Assembly: GCA_951406725.2 (NCBI GenBank)
Contig: OX597827.1
Coordinates: 15,066,001-15,130,000, forward strand
Reading direction: 5' to 3'
Origin: Octopus vulgaris
Lineage: Eukaryota
Length of the DNA: 64,000 nucleotides
Under the pieces are notes generated by a model. That model was not told the origin of the DNA, did not search any database, and saw only the letters and a list, made by a program, of their open reading frames with translations. Each line of letters starts with the position of its first letter. Within the stretch, counting starts at the first letter, position 1. Shown here one piece after another: positions 1 through 14,633 of the stretch. The translations under genes and the position numbers were made by a program.

Positions 1-3000
1 CAAAATCACCACCACCATCACCATCACCTTCTCCAATAACAACAACATGACCCCTAAAGATATGACAATATTGACATCAACACCATTGCCACCTTCACCA
101 ATATCAAAAACAATATGACCCCCACCTCATCACCAATAATGTAACAATATCAAATTCAGCACCACCACCACCTTCTCCAATAACAACATGACCCCTAAAG
201 ATATGACAATATCGACATCAACACCATTGCCACCCTCACCAATATCAACAACAATATGACCCCCCTCCATCACCAATAATGTAACAATATCAAATTCAGC
301 ACCACCACCACCACCTTCTCCAATAACAACAACATGACCCCTAAAGATATGACAATATTGACATCAACACCATTGTCACCTTCACCAATATCAAAAACAA
401 TATGACCCCACTGCCATCACCAATAATGTAACAATATCAAATTCAGCACCACCACCACCACCACCTTGACCCCTAAAGATATGACAATATCGACATCAAC
501 CCCATTGCCACCTTCACCAATATCAAAAACAATATGACCCCACTGCCATCACCAATAATGTAACAATATCAAAATCAGCAGCACCACCACCACCTTCTCC
601 AATAACAACAACATGACCCCTAAAGATATGACAATATTGACATCAACACCATTGCCACCTTCACCAATATCAAAAACAATATGACCCCCCACCTCATCAC
701 CAATAATGTAACAATATCAAAATCAGCACCACCACCACCACCTTCTCCAATAACAACAACGTGACCCCTAAAGATATGACAATATTGACATCAACACCAT
801 TGTCACCTTCACCAATATCAAAAACAATATGACCCCCACCTCATCACCAATAATGTAACAATATCAAAATCAGCACCACCACCACCACCTTCTCCAATAA
901 CAACAACATGACCCCTAAAGATATGACAATATTGACATCAACACCATTGTCACCTTCACCAATATCAAAAACAATATGACCCCAACCTCATCACCAATAA
1001 TGAAACAATATCAAAATCAGCAACACCACCACCACCATCACCTTCTCCAGTAACAACAACGTGACCCCTAAAGATATGACAATATTGACATCAACACCAT
1101 TGCCACCTTCACCAATATCAAAAACAATATGACCCCCCTTCCATCACCAATAATGTAGCAATATCAAATTCAGCACCACCACCACCACCACCTTCTCCAA
1201 TAACAACATGACCCCTAAAGATATGACAATATCGACATCAACACCATTGCCACCTTCACCAATATCAACAACAATATGACCCCCCCCCATCACCAATAAT
1301 GTAACAATATCAACTTCAGCACCACCATACCACCTTCTCCAATAACAACAATGTGACCCCTAAAGATATGACAATATTGACATCAACACCATCGCCATCT
1401 TCACTAATATCAAAAACAATATGACCCCACTGCCATCACCAATAATGTAACAATATCAAAATCAGCACCACCACCACCAGCTTCTCCAATAACAACAACG
1501 TGACCCCTAAAGATATGACAATATCGACATCAACCCCATTGCCACCTTCACCAATATCAAAAACAATATGACCCCACTGCCATTACCAATAATGTAACAA
1601 TATCAAATTCAGCACCACCACCACCATCTTCTCCAATAACAACAACATGACCCCTAAAGATTGACAATATCAACATCAACACCATCGCCACCTTCACCAA
1701 TATCAAAAACAATATGACCCCACCTCATCACCAATAATGTAACAATATCAAAATCAGCACCACCACCACCACCTTCTCCAATAACAACAACATGACCCCT
1801 AAAGATATGACAATATTGACATCAACCCCATTGTCACCTTCACCAATATCAAAAACAATATGACCCCCACCTCATCACCAATAATGTAACAATATCAAAA
1901 TCAGCACCACCACCACCACCACCACCTTCTCCAATAACAACAACGTGACCCCTAAAGATATGACAATATTGACATCAACATCATTGTCACCTTCACCAAT
2001 ATCAAAAACAATATGACACCCCCCCCATCGCCAATAATGTAACAATATCAAAATCAGCACCACCACCACCACCTTCTCCAATAACAACAACATGACCCCT
2101 AAAGATATGACAATATTGACATCAACACCATTGTCACCTTCACCAATATCAAAAACAATATGACCCCCACTCATCACCAATAATGAAACAATATCAAAAT
2201 CAGCAACACCACCACCACCATCACCTTCTCCAATAACAACAACATGACCCCTAAAGATATGACAATATCGACATCAACCCCATTGCCACCTTCACCAATA
2301 TCAAAAACAATATGACACCCCATCACCAATAATGTAACAATATCAAAATCAGCACCACCACCACCATCACCTTCTCCAATAACAACAACGTGACCCCTAA
2401 AGATATGACAATATCGACATCAACACCATCGCCACCTTCACCAATATCAAAAACAATATGACCCCCCCCCCCCATCACCAATAATGTAACAATATTAAAA
2501 TCAGCACCACCACCACCATCACCTTCTCCAATAACAACAACGTTACCCCTAAAGATATGACAATATCGACATCAACCCCATTGCCACCTTCACCAATATC
2601 AAAAACAATATGACCCCCCCCCATCACCAATAATGTAACACTATCAAAATCAGCACCACCACCACCATCACCTTCTCCAATAACAACAACGTGACCCCTA
2701 AAGATATGACAATATCGACATCAACCCCATTACCACCTTCACCAATATCAAAAACAATATGACCCCCCCATCACCAATAATGTAACAATATCAAAATCAG
2801 CACCACCACCACCACCTTCTCCAATAACAACAACGTGACCCCTAAAGATATGACAATATCGACATCAACCCCATTGCCACCTTCACCAATATCAAAAACA
2901 ATATGACCCCCCCATCACCAATAATGTATCAATATCAAAATCAGCACCACCATCACGTTCTCCAATAACAACAACGTGACCCCTAAAGATATGACAATAT

Positions 3001-4620
3001 CGACATCAACCCCATTGCCACCTTCACCAATATTAACAACAATATGACCCCCCCATCACCAATAATGTAACAATATCAAAATCAGCACCACCACCACCAT
3101 CACCTTCTCCAATAACAACAACGTGACCCCTAAAGATATGACAATATCGACATCAACCCCATTGCCACCTTCACCAATATCAAAAACAATATGACCCCCC
3201 CCCCCATCACCAATAATGAAACAATATCAAAATCAGCACCACCACCACCATCACCTTCTCCAATAACAACAACGTGACCCCTAAAGATATGACAATATCG
3301 ACATCAACCCCATTGCCACCTCACCAATATCAAAAACAATATGACCCCGCCCCATCACCAATAATGTAACAATATTAAAATCAGCACCACCACCACCATC
3401 ACCTTCTCCAATAACAACAACGTGACCCCTAAAGATATGACAATATCGACATCAACCCCATTGCCACCTTCACCAATATCAAAAACAATATGACCCCCCC
3501 CATCACCAATAATGTAACAATATTAAAATCAGCACCACCACCACCATCACCTTCTCCAATAACAACAACGTGACCCCTAAAGATATGACAATATCGACAT
3601 CAACCCCATTGCCACCTTCACCAATATCAAAAACAATATGACCCCCCCCATCACCAATAATGTAACAATATCAAAATCAGCACCACCACCACCACCACCT
3701 TCTCCAATAACAACAACGTGACCCCTGAAGATATGACAATATCGACATCAACCCCATTGCCACCTTCACCAATATCAAAAACAATATGACCCCCCCCCAT
3801 CACCAATAATGAAACAATATCAAAATCAGCACCACCACCACCATCACCTTCTCCAATAACAACAACGTGACCCCTAAAGATATGACAATATCGACATCAA
3901 CCCTATTGCCACCTTCACCAATATCAAAAACAATATGACCCCCCCATCACCAATAATGTAACAATATCAAAATCAGCACCACCACCACCATCACCTTCTC
4001 CAATAACAACAACGTGACCCCTAAAGATATGACAATATCGACATCAACCCCATTGCCACCTTCACCAATATCAAAAACAATATGACCCCCCCCATCACCA
4101 ATAATGAAACAATATCAAAATCAGCACCACCACCACCATCACCTTCTCCAATAACAACAACGTGACCCCTAAAGATATGACAATATCGACATCAACCCTA
4201 TTGCCACCTTCACCAATATCAAAAACAATATGACCCCCCCCATCACCAATAATGTAACAATATCAAAATCAGCACCACCATCACCTTCTCCAATAACAAC
4301 AACGTGACCCCTAAAGATATGACAATATCGACATCAACACCATTGCCACCTTCACCAATATCAAAAACAATATGACCCCCACCTCATCACCAATAATGTA
4401 ACAATATCAAAATCAGCACCACCATCACCTTCTCCAATAACAACAATATGACCCCTAAAGATATGACCCCTAAAGATATGACAATATCGACATCAACCCC
4501 ATTGCCACCTTCACCAATATTAACAACAATATGACCCCCCCCCCCCCAATAACGCAACAGTATCGAAATCAACACCACCACCACCACCTTCTCCAATAGC
4601 AACAATATGATCCCTAATAA
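1..4620. repeat. Tandem satellite, ~147-bp unit, ~31 copies, continues off the left edge
   Basis: The motif GACCCCTAAAGAT recurs from ~50 to ~4452 at a mean spacing of ~147 bp. Units vary mainly in (CAC)n and poly-C length. Degenerate terminal copies extend to ~4900. Confidence 0.97.
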
Positions 4621-4944
4621 CACAACAATATGTCCATCAAAGACAATATCACTATTAGTTGCACAACAATACCGACATCAACAACATTATTCACCTTCAC
4701 CAATTTATAGCATAACAACCACAAGGTATATGAACCATAGTATGTCCACCGACAACAAACCCCATCTTCACCAATAACAACAACGACAATGACGACATGT
4801 CGGGCCCTCACCCACCCCCAATAACGAAACAATATCAACACCACCACTGCCGCCACCACCACCACATTCATAACCAATACCATTGCCACCACCCTCCCCA
4901 CTACCACCCTACCATCAAAAATCGCACAATACCATCAATAAATA

Positions 4945-5173
4945 CATCATCATCATCATCGTCATCATCACCATCATCATCATCATCATCATTGTTATCA
5001 TCATTATTGTCATCATCATCATCATCGTCATCATCATCGTCATCATCATCATCGTCATCATCATCATCGTCATCATCATCATCATCATCATCGTCATCAT
5101 CATCGTCATCATCATCATCGTCATCATCATCGTCATCATCATTACATCATCAGCATTGTCATCATCGTTGTCG

Positions 5174-5205
<32 letters not shown>

Positions 5206-5212
5206 GTCATCG

Positions 5213-5279
<67 letters not shown>

Positions 5280-5281
5280 TG

Positions 5282-5320
<39 letters not shown>

Positions 5321-5340
5321 CCATCATTGTCATCATCATA
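4945..5340. repeat. (CAT)n/(CGT) trinucleotide microsatellite
   Basis: Read directly. It explains the poly-S/H/I/D/M ORFs. Confidence 0.97.
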
Positions 5341-5384
5341 ACCAAACAGCACCGTTTCATTATTTATCAAGCAAATGTGGGAAC

Positions 5385-5625
5385 CTTTACAAAGTCATTC
5401 GACCTGCTAAAAACAGCAGCCAAACCTTCCTCAAATCACACCTGATTGTCTTAAAAATAAAGGACATGTGGCTAATGTCGTGGTTGTCTTCACAGACAGG
5501 ATAAAAAAAAAAAAGACAGGATGGGCATGACAGGAATGCTGTTTGCTGTTCATGAATCTGCTCCAACAGGGCTGACCTGGGGCTAAATAAGAATAACAAC
5601 AACAACAACAACAACAGCAACAATG
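5385..5625 (+). mobile_element. Family T interspersed repeat (CTAGAAATAGCAGCCAAATCTCCCTCAAATCAC ... GACCTGGGGCTAAA-(CAA)n tail)
   Basis: The same head and tail motifs recur on + at ~6500, 7215, 8040, 8820, 9050, 9300, 14860 and 16425, and on - at ~11290, 11640, 12610, 12860 and 24995. It ends in a (CAA)n tail like a retroposon. Confidence 0.7.
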
Positions 5626-5639
5626 CTCCCCCCCATCCC

Positions 5640-5688
5640 ACTAAATAATCGCACCACCATCAACATCACCATCATCACCATCACCATT

Positions 5689-5719
<31 letters not shown>

Positions 5720-5916
5720 GCTGCAGCAGCAACAGCAGCAGTAGTAATGCAAAACAACTGCACTCCCTCCACCCACGACCATCCCACTGTAATCACCCAC
5801 CCCTCCAAAAAAATCGGCACCATGACCACCACCACCAATGACAACAACAACAGCGGTAATAGCAACATCTATAAAAAAAAACAGCAGCACCTTCAGCAGC
5901 AACCACAACAACAACA

Positions 5917-5960
<44 letters not shown>

Positions 5961-5968
5961 CACTACTA

Positions 5969-6008
<40 letters not shown>

Positions 6009-6058
6009 CACTACCACTACTACTACCACTACTACTACTACTACCACTACCACTACAA

Positions 6059-6098
<40 letters not shown>

Positions 6099-6465
6099 CA
6101 CTACAACTACCACTACTACCACCACTACTACTACTACTACCCCTTCTACCACTACCACCACCACCACTACTACCACCACTACTACTACCACCACCACCAC
6201 CACTACTACCACTACTACTACTACCATAACTACTACTGCAACAGCAGCAGCAGTATCATTAGCAACAGTAATAGCAACATCAGAAACAGTGCCAATAACA
6301 ACAACAACAACAACAACAACAACAGCAGCAGTAGCAACACAACTAACAAAGGCAGCAGTAATACCAACACCACAACAAGGGGGAAACAACAACAACAAGG
6401 ACTCTACCACCTTCACACCACCACAACAACAACAACAACAACAGCACCAGCATCAACAACAATGA
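5640..6465. repeat. Compound (CAT)/(CAG)/(CAA)/(CTA)/(CCA) microsatellite block
   Basis: Read directly. Long (CTA/CCA)n run at 5917-6230. Confidence 0.95.
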
Positions 6466-6592
6466 ACCAACGAGGGAGAGCCTCTATGGAGTTACTCAAT
6501 CTGTTAGAAAAAGCAGCCAAATCTCCCTCAAATCACGCATCACCATCTTTAGTTGTATAATTTAGTTTTAGCCTTTTTTTTTCTTTGCACAT

Positions 6593-6998
6593 AGGCGCAG
6601 GAGTGGCTGTGTGGTAAGTAGCTTGCTAACCAACCACATGGTTCTGGGTTCAGTCCCACTGCATGGCACCTTGGGCAAGTGTCTTCTGCTATAGCCTCGG
6701 GCCGACCAAAGCCTTGTGAGTGGATTTGGTAGACGGAAACTGAAAGAAGCCTGTTGTATATATGTATATATATATATGTGTATGTTACGTGTGTGTTTGT
6801 GTGTCTGTGTTTGTCCCCCTAGCATCACTTGACAACCGATGCTGGTGTGTTTATGTCCCCGTTACTTAGCGGTTCGGCAAAAGAGACCGATAGAATAAGT
6901 ACTGGGCTTACAAAGAATAAGTCCCGGGATCGAGTTGCTCGATTAAAGGCGGTGCTCCAGCATGGCCGCAGTCAAATGACTGAAACAAGTAAAAGAGC
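6593..6998 (+). mobile_element. SINE family A (tRNA-derived head, CORE-like centre, internal TA/TG microsatellite, (AAGAGTA)-type tail)
   Basis: A-box TGGCTGTGTGG, B-box GGTTCAGTCCC and CCTTGGGCAAGT centre. More than 15 near-identical copies occur in the window. Confidence 0.92.
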
Positions 6999-7325
6999 AT
7001 AAGAAAACAAAATGGGATGGGATGGGATGGGATGGCCACAGTTGGAATGTCTTTGATTATAGGTTTGCCAGATTCGGACTGACCTGGGACCAAACAACAA
7101 ATCTCCAGCAACCATCAAACCATTCCTAATTGTAGTAATTGTGCCATTGATAAAAGCTGCACCTAACATGTTACCATTAAAAAGCGGAGAGAGAGCCACC
7201 GCATTGTGGCTCCACATGCTAGAAATAGCAGCTAAATTTCCCTCAAATTAACTCCACACACACCCCACCTCCTGTTGCCTTAAAAAGCAAGAGACACAGT
7301 GAACAACGCTGTCTTAGATATTCAT

Positions 7326-7890
7326 GGTGAAGGTAGGTGTGTGGCTTAGTGGTTAGGGTAATCAGCTCGCATTCGTAAGGCCGTGAGTTCAATTTCAGGT
7401 AGTGCCCTGTGTCCTTGAGGGACACACTTTATTTCATGTTGCTCCAATCCACTCAGCTGGCAAAAATGGGTAGTACCTATTTCTTTATTACCCACAAGAG
7501 GGGGGACAAACATGGACAGACATAGGTATTAAGTCGATTACATCAACCCCAGTGCGTAACTGGTACTTAATTTATCGACCCCAAAAGGATGGAAGGCAAA
7601 GTCGACCTCAGCCGAATTTGAACTCACAACATAACGGCAGCCAAAATACCGCTAAGCATTTCGCCCGACGTGCTAACGTTTCTGCCAGCTCACCACCTTA
7701 TGGGTAGTACCTGTAATTCTAAAGGGCCAGCCTTGTCACATTCTGTGTCACGTTGAATTTCCCCGAGAACTACATTAAGGGTACGCGTGTCTGTGGAGTA
7801 CTCAGCCACTTGTATATTAATTTCATGGGCAGGCTGTTCCATTAATTGGATCAACTGGAACCCTCGTCGTTGTAACTGACAGAGTGCCAC
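7326..7890 (+). mobile_element. SINE with family-E head and family-C tail, interrupted by a family-B SINE
   Basis: The head matches 43698-43840 and the tail matches 18640-18825. Confidence 0.8.
7477..7698 (-). mobile_element. SINE family B nested insertion
   Basis: Flanked by the 13-bp duplication ATGGGTAGTACCT (7466-7478 / 7700-7712). Confidence 0.9.
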
Positions 7891-8209
7891 TCTGACATGA
7901 TGGCCATGGCCAGAACACCCTTAGGATCATAGGTTTGCTCAATCAGGAATGACCCGAGCTGGAACAGTGCTAAATAGTAACAACAATAACAACAGCAACA
8001 ATAACAAACAATGCAAGAGAGCCTGTAAGCAGTTACACACCTTGCTAGAAACAGAAATAGCAACCAAATCGCCCTCAAATCACAGCTGCTATCTTATGCA
8101 AGGAAGGACATGTTGCATAATACACTGCTTGAGATGTGGAATGGTCATGGCTGGAATGCCTTTGATCATGTATCGGGTTTGCCTAGTCGTTGCTTACCTG
8201 GGGTCTAAA

Positions 8210-8227
8210 CCACAACTGCTGCTGTTG

Positions 8228-8274
<47 letters not shown>

Positions 8275-10030
8275 GCAGTCAGCGTCACCACCACCACCAA
8301 CACCACTATTAACATTACACCACCATGATCAATAATACCACCAACAACAACAACCACAACAACAGCACCAAGGCCACCAACCAATACCACCACCAGCACC
8401 ACCACCATCAGAAACAAGACCACCACCATCATCACCATCACCATCACTGCCAACACCACCACTGCTCCCCACACTGACACTGCAACCAACACCACCAACA
8501 GCACTACCACTCCTACCACCACCAACACAACCATTACCACCAGCACTACCACCATCACCACCACCACCACCACCACCACAAACACCACTAACTTCAACAC
8601 CAACAATACCATCACTACAACCAGCACCACCACTACTACAAATACCAGATTGCCCCCAACATCAAAATAACCAACACCACTACCATTGCCATCTCCACCA
8701 CCACCACTACCATCATCACCACCACCACCACCATGCCACCAGTGCCCCCAGTACCATCAATACCACTAACTCTCTACAACAGCTCCAACCAAAAAAAAAA
8801 GCCTTTATATGACCATCCAATGTTGCGAGAAACAGCAGCCAAATCTCCCTCAAATCACAACCTATTATCTTACTTAAAGATACACTGGAGAAAATGTAGT
8901 CCCTGATATACAGATTGACAGAATGGTCGTGGATGGGGCACCTATCATCATAAGTCTGCACAATCAATTCTGACCTAGGGTTAAATGATCACAGTGCAAT
9001 AGCACCAACACATGTCAACATGGGGGAGCCATTATGAGGTCAACCAAACTGCCAAAAATAGCAGCTAAATCTTCTTTAAATCACTTCATGCTGTCTATAA
9101 AAAACAATGGAAGAAAACCCTAGTGTTAGATGTATTATGTTTTAAAATATAATTGGGTGGTCATATCTGGAACACCTTTGGATATGTCTGTTTAATCATA
9201 GCTGTCGATCTTAGGTCTTTTCGGTCAAGACCAACCCGGGGCTAAATAACATCAACATCGACAAGATTATCAATGCCACAAGCCAAGGAAGGAACTTGAA
9301 CCGCTAGAAATAGCAGCTAAATCTCCTTCGTTTAAAACCCTGTGCATGTCAGTCCGGAGTACACGCGAGGCGAGAGAAACAATTTCATGGGATGGTCATT
9401 GTTGGAATAACTTTGATCATAGGACTGACTTGATGAGAAGGGACTCGACAACAAGAACTATGCTATAAACAACAGCAACACCGACACTAGCGCCAACACA
9501 ATCAATATTGACACCATCGGGGCCAGGACTAATACAACCACGACCACCACCACCGACAACAACAACAGCACCACTAACAACACCGCCAATACTAGCATCA
9601 GGACCATCACAAATACAAACACAACCATCATCACTGCCACCACCACCACCACCACCACAACCACCACCACCACCATCACCACCACAACCACCACCACCAC
9701 CACAACCACCACTACCACCACCACCACCACAACCACCACCACCACAACCACAACTACCACCACAACCACCACCACAACCACCGCCGCCACCACCACCACC
9801 GCCACCACGTACACTAATACCAACAATAACAACGAAGGCACCACCACCGACGCCAACACCAATACAAACATCCAGCGCCAACACCGCCACCGACGCCAGC
9901 ATCAAGAACAACGTCAAACGCGCCACCGCCGCCACCACCAACAACATCACCGCCACCACCACCACCAACAACAACAACAACATCACAACATCAGTAACAG
10001 CAGCAGCAGTAGGTGAGGAAGCTGCCTAGT
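8210..10030. repeat. C/A-rich triplet microsatellite domain ((CTA), (CAC), (CAA)) interleaved with + strand family T copies
   Basis: Read directly. Confidence 0.9.
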
Positions 10031-10069
10031 TGTAGTTCTCTACCAAACTATGGTATATTTGGTGTTTTA

Positions 10070-10721
10070 CTAGCAACAACAGCAGCAGCAGCAGCTGCTA
10101 TAGTAGTGCACACTTGATGCACACTGGTGGATGTTGTTATTGTGTGCCAGCGGAGACGGCGGCAGCGGCTGTAGTGGTGGCGGCGGTGGTGGCGGTGAAG
10201 GTAGTGGGATGGGGGGGGCTTCGGTTGTTAGCACAGCTGACGATGTTGATGATGACGATGATGATGGGAAAAGCAACGATGATGATGATGATGATGGGAA
10301 AAGCAACGATGATGATGATGATGATGGGAAAAGCAACGATGATGATGATGATGATGATGATGACGATGATGACGATGATGATGATGATGGGAAAAGCAAC
10401 GATGATGATGACGATGATGTTCATGATGATGATGATGATGATGGTGGTGATGGTGGTGATGCTGGCTTCTGTTGTTAACCACCACAGCTGCTGCTGATGA
10501 TGCTGATTGACAATGACGACGATGACAACGACGACGGGTGAGATGTTGCTTCCTTCTGTTGTTATCACAGCTTAATGCTAATGATGACGATGATGATGAC
10601 GATGATGATGACGATGACGATGATTATGATGATGATAATGATGTCCTTCTGTTGTTACCACAGCTGATGTTGATGATAATGATGACAACGATGATGATGA
10701 TGATGATTGGTGATTGATAAT

Positions 10722-10752
<31 letters not shown>

Positions 10753-10933
10753 GGTGGTGGTGGTGGTGGTGGTGGTGGTGGTGGTGCTTCCTTGTGTTGT
10801 TAAAGGTCACAGTTGATGCTGTTGTTAAGGTGATGCTGCTGTGGGGAGACAACAGTGATGGGTAAATGATGAATGACGACGACAATGAAGACGACGACGA
10901 CGACGACGACAACAACGATGATGATGATGATGT

Positions 10934-10965
<32 letters not shown>

Positions 10966-11785
10966 TTGATGATGATGATGTTGATGATGATGGCTATAAA
11001 ACTTGATGCTGTTGCTTTCAATGTTGATATATTTCAGCCCCAGGTCTAACTCTGATCAAACAGACAAGACAAGAGACCTTGTACGACTGATGTAGTTACT
11101 ATTCCAACCGTGACCATCCCCATCTATTTTTGGTTATTTCTTTTTTTCCTTTCCACTTTCATTGTTTTTTTTGGGGGGGGGGATTTTTTTGGTTATTCAA
11201 ACATATTGCATGCCTCCAGAACTAACCACATTATTATTCCGTATGACAACCCACCCCAGCCCACCCCACCCCGTTTCATTTTGTGGGAGATTTGGCTGTG
11301 ATTTCTAGCAAACCATATGACCACATCATTGAAGCTCCTTTGTCGGGCCCCCTAGTTACAATACAGATGTTATTGATTGTTGATGATGGTGGTGGTGGTG
11401 GTGATGGTGGTGGTGGTGGTGGTGACAGCAGTCGTGTGCTGGGGGTTGAGGGAAAAGATGTTATGGGTTTAGCCCCATCCAGGTCATTCATTCCTGTTCA
11501 AGTAATGTATATTCCAGGCATGACCATCCCACCTTTGTGAGGTGGTGCCTAGGACTAAATTTTACCTATCGTATCTATCTATGCCCACCTTATCTTTTTA
11601 AGATGATGGAGTGTTTTGAGGGAGATTTTTCATTTTTTTTTTTTTTGGCTATTATTTCCAGCAGTAGGTCAAGCCTCCATATTGGGGCTACCACTGAAAA
11701 TGCTATTGTTGTTATTACTGTTGTTGTTGTTATTCGTGGTGGTGGTGGTGGTAGTGGTGGTGGTGATGCTCTATTGTTGATGATA

Positions 11786-11830
<45 letters not shown>

Positions 11831-11973
11831 GTGACTGCAATAGTAAAAGGTGATGTGGAAGGACGCTGTGACTTATTGATGTTGTTGATGTTGATGTCGA
11901 TGTCGTGGTTGTTTGTTTTCAATGGGAATGTTGATATCATTGTCACTGCTACAACTGCTAATAACGCTGCTAC

Positions 11974-12009
<36 letters not shown>

Positions 12010-13500
12010 CGACGACGACGACGACGACGACGGCGAAGATGACATTAATGATGATGACAAAGATGATGATGATGATGATGCAGATGATGATGATGATGAT
12101 AATGATGATGACAGCAATGATAATGGCAATGGTGGTGGTGGTGGTGGTGGTGGTGGTGGTGGAGGTGGTGGTGGTGGTGGTGGTGGTGGCAGTGATGATG
12201 ATGGTGGTGGTGATGATGATGATGATAATGATGATGATGATGATGAAGATAATGATGATGATGATGATAATGATGATGACAGCAATGATAATGACAACAA
12301 TGATGATGGCAATGGTGGTGGTGGTGGTGGTGGTGGTGATGGTGGTGGTATTGGTGGTGGTGGTGGTGGTGGTGGCAGTGATGATAGTGGTGATGGTGAT
12401 GGTGCCTTAGTTGTAAATGATATTGTCGTTTTTGCCCCAAATCAACGACCCAGATTGGACAAACCTATTATCAAAAGAATAGTTCCAGCCGTGACCATCC
12501 CATCTTTTACCTTTTTTTCAGACATAACACACCTCAGTTTACATTATCCCCTATGTCCACTTCTTCTTTTTTTGTTTTTAGTACAGTAAGACATTATTTA
12601 ATGTAGATTTTGGTTGCTATTTCTAGCAAGTCAGGCAACCACATAGAGTCCTGTTGATGGTTTCCTGAAAATCGATGTTGGGGACATATGCTGTCAACGT
12701 TAATACAACCCCGAGTCAGTTCTGATCAAACAGACCTATGAGCAAAACTCCCATCAATGACCATCCTGCCTTTTTCTGATTTTCGAACATAGTGTATCTA
12801 GGAAGACATTACCCTGGTGTCCTTCTCTTTTTGAGACAATAGCATTAATTTGAGGAGGATTTGGGTGTTAATTTTAGCAGATGGAAATCACCATGTAGGA
12901 GAGGCATGGATATGATAAACACTGGTGACAAGAACAATATTGATTCTCATTATGAAAGGTAATAGGTGTGGTGGGGGAGGTGATGGTGGTGGTGGTGGTG
13001 GTGGTTGCTGGTGGTGATGGTGGTGATGATGGTGGTTGCAGTGGTAGTGGCAGTTGTGGTGGTGGTGGTGGTGGTTGCTGGTGGTGGTGGTGGTGGTGGT
13101 GGTGGTAGTGGTAGTGGTGGTTGCTGGTGGTGGTGGTGGTGATGGTGGTGGTGGTGATGGTGGTGGTGATGGTGGTGGTGATGGTGGTGGTGATTGCTGG
13201 TGGTGGTATTGGTGGTTATTGTTGGTGTTGGTGGTGGTGGTGGTAGTGGTGACAGAGGTGGTGGTGGAGGAGGTGGTGCTGGCAGAGGTGGTAGTGGTGG
13301 TGGTGGTGGTGATAGTACTAATGGTATTGGTGGTACTGTTGCTGCAGGTGCTACCAGGTCCCTAATTGTGATGGTGTACGTGGTGATAATATTCTTGTGG
13401 GGAGGTGCAGGAGATGTTCCTAATGGTAATAACAGTTTTTGTGATGATGGCTGTACGGAAGGTGGTAGTGGTGGTGGTGGTGGTTGGAGGAGGAGGAGGA
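10070..13500. repeat. G/T-rich triplet microsatellite domain ((GAT), (GGT)) interleaved with - strand family T copies; includes a ~30-bp (GAT)n-GGGAAAAGCAAC minisatellite at ~10250-10410
   Basis: Read directly. Composition mirrors the 5-10 kb domain. Confidence 0.9.
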
Positions 13501-13519
13501 GAGGGGGACGAAAGAGGAG

Positions 13520-13657
13520 GAGCTTGCTTCCCAACCGCTTGGTCTTGGGTTCAGTCCCACTGTGTGTGTGTGGCACCTTAAGCAAGTGTCTTCTATTATA
13601 GCCCCAGGCCTGAGTGAATTCTCATTAGATGGAAACTGCAAGAAGCTCATTATATAC

Positions 13658-13689
<32 letters not shown>

Positions 13690-13910
13690 ATTTGTTTGTC
13701 TCTGTGTTTGTATTGTGCTTTTCCTCCCCCACCACTGCTTAACAACTGGTGTTGGTTTGTTTACATCCCCATAACTCAGCAGTTTGGCAAAGTGGCAGGT
13801 TTTTAAAAATTATAAGTCTTGGGGTTCATTCAATGAAACCCTTCAAGACAGTGCCCCAGCATGGTCACAGTCCATTGGCAGAAACAAATAAAAGAGGAAA
13901 GATAAAAGAT
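13520..13910 (+). mobile_element. Diverged SINE family A copy
   Basis: GGGTTCAGTCCCACTG, GCAAGTGTCTTCTA and GTGCCCCAGCATGG motifs. Confidence 0.8.
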
Positions 13911-14077
13911 GACAGACATGTTTGAAAAGCTCAATGATAATTTCCAGTGTCCAGGGATGTGAGATCAAATCAGGGACGACCACGGTGTATGTAGCACCAA
14001 GTGCGTTAGGGGCACGCAAGTGTGGTTGCTTATGGCTAAGAAACTAAGCTCTCAGCCTTTTGGCCTTTATATAATAG

Positions 14078-14633
14078 GGTAAGGGTAAAGGCCCCCTTCG
14101 GTGATGAATGATCATAGGATTTCACATAGAAGGGCAGCGAGTTGGCAGAATCATTAGCACACCGAGCGAAATGCTTTGTGGTATTTCGTCTGTTGCTACG
14201 TTCTGAGTTCAAATTCTGCTGAGGTCGACTTTGCCTTTCATCTTTTCGAGGTCGATTAAATAAGTATCAGTTATGCACTGAAGTTGATATAATCGGCTTA
14301 ATCCATTCACCTGTCCTTGTTTGTCCTCTCTGTGTTTAGCCCCTTGTGGGTAGTAAAGAAATAGGATTTCACAAAGAAAGTTCCCCTCCGAGGCACAAGT
14401 CCGGGCAAATTGTTTATGGAAGATCAGCAGTCACCGATACATACCAGCCTTGCCTCTCCACACCAACGATGTTATCCAAGGGAAAAGCAAAGGTCAATTA
14501 CAGCTTGGAACTGGAGCAACATGAAATGAAGTGTCTTACTCAAGAACACAACACACAGCCTGGTCTGGGAATTGAGCCTACTACCTCATGACTGTGAGCC
14601 TGACGCTTTAACCACTGAGCCATGCACCTTCAC
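14078..14633 (-). mobile_element. SINE family E (tRNA-like head, TTGAGCAAGACACTT-type centre) hosting a family-B insertion
   Basis: Reverse-complement homolog of 43698-44050. Confidence 0.8.
14131..14365 (+). mobile_element. SINE family B
   Basis: Runs GGCAGCGAG(C/T)TGGCAGAA...GAGTTCAAATTC...AAAGAAATAGG, with an ~18-bp duplication ATAGGATTTCACA(T/A)AGAA. Confidence 0.9.

Noticed and set aside
6568-6828. Recurrent ORFs '[14 protein letters not shown]...[12 protein letters not shown]' and 'RNWYLIYRPRKDER'
   Set aside because: These are antisense translations of SINE A and SINE B, not a protein family.
12130-12190. (GGT)n G-quadruplex or telomere-like tract
   Set aside because: An ordinary triplet microsatellite; there are no TTAGGG arrays.
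1875-13600. Long poly-S/H/D/M/V/P/G ORFs
   Set aside because: These are translations of triplet microsatellites and the satellite, open in several frames on both strands, with no domain content.
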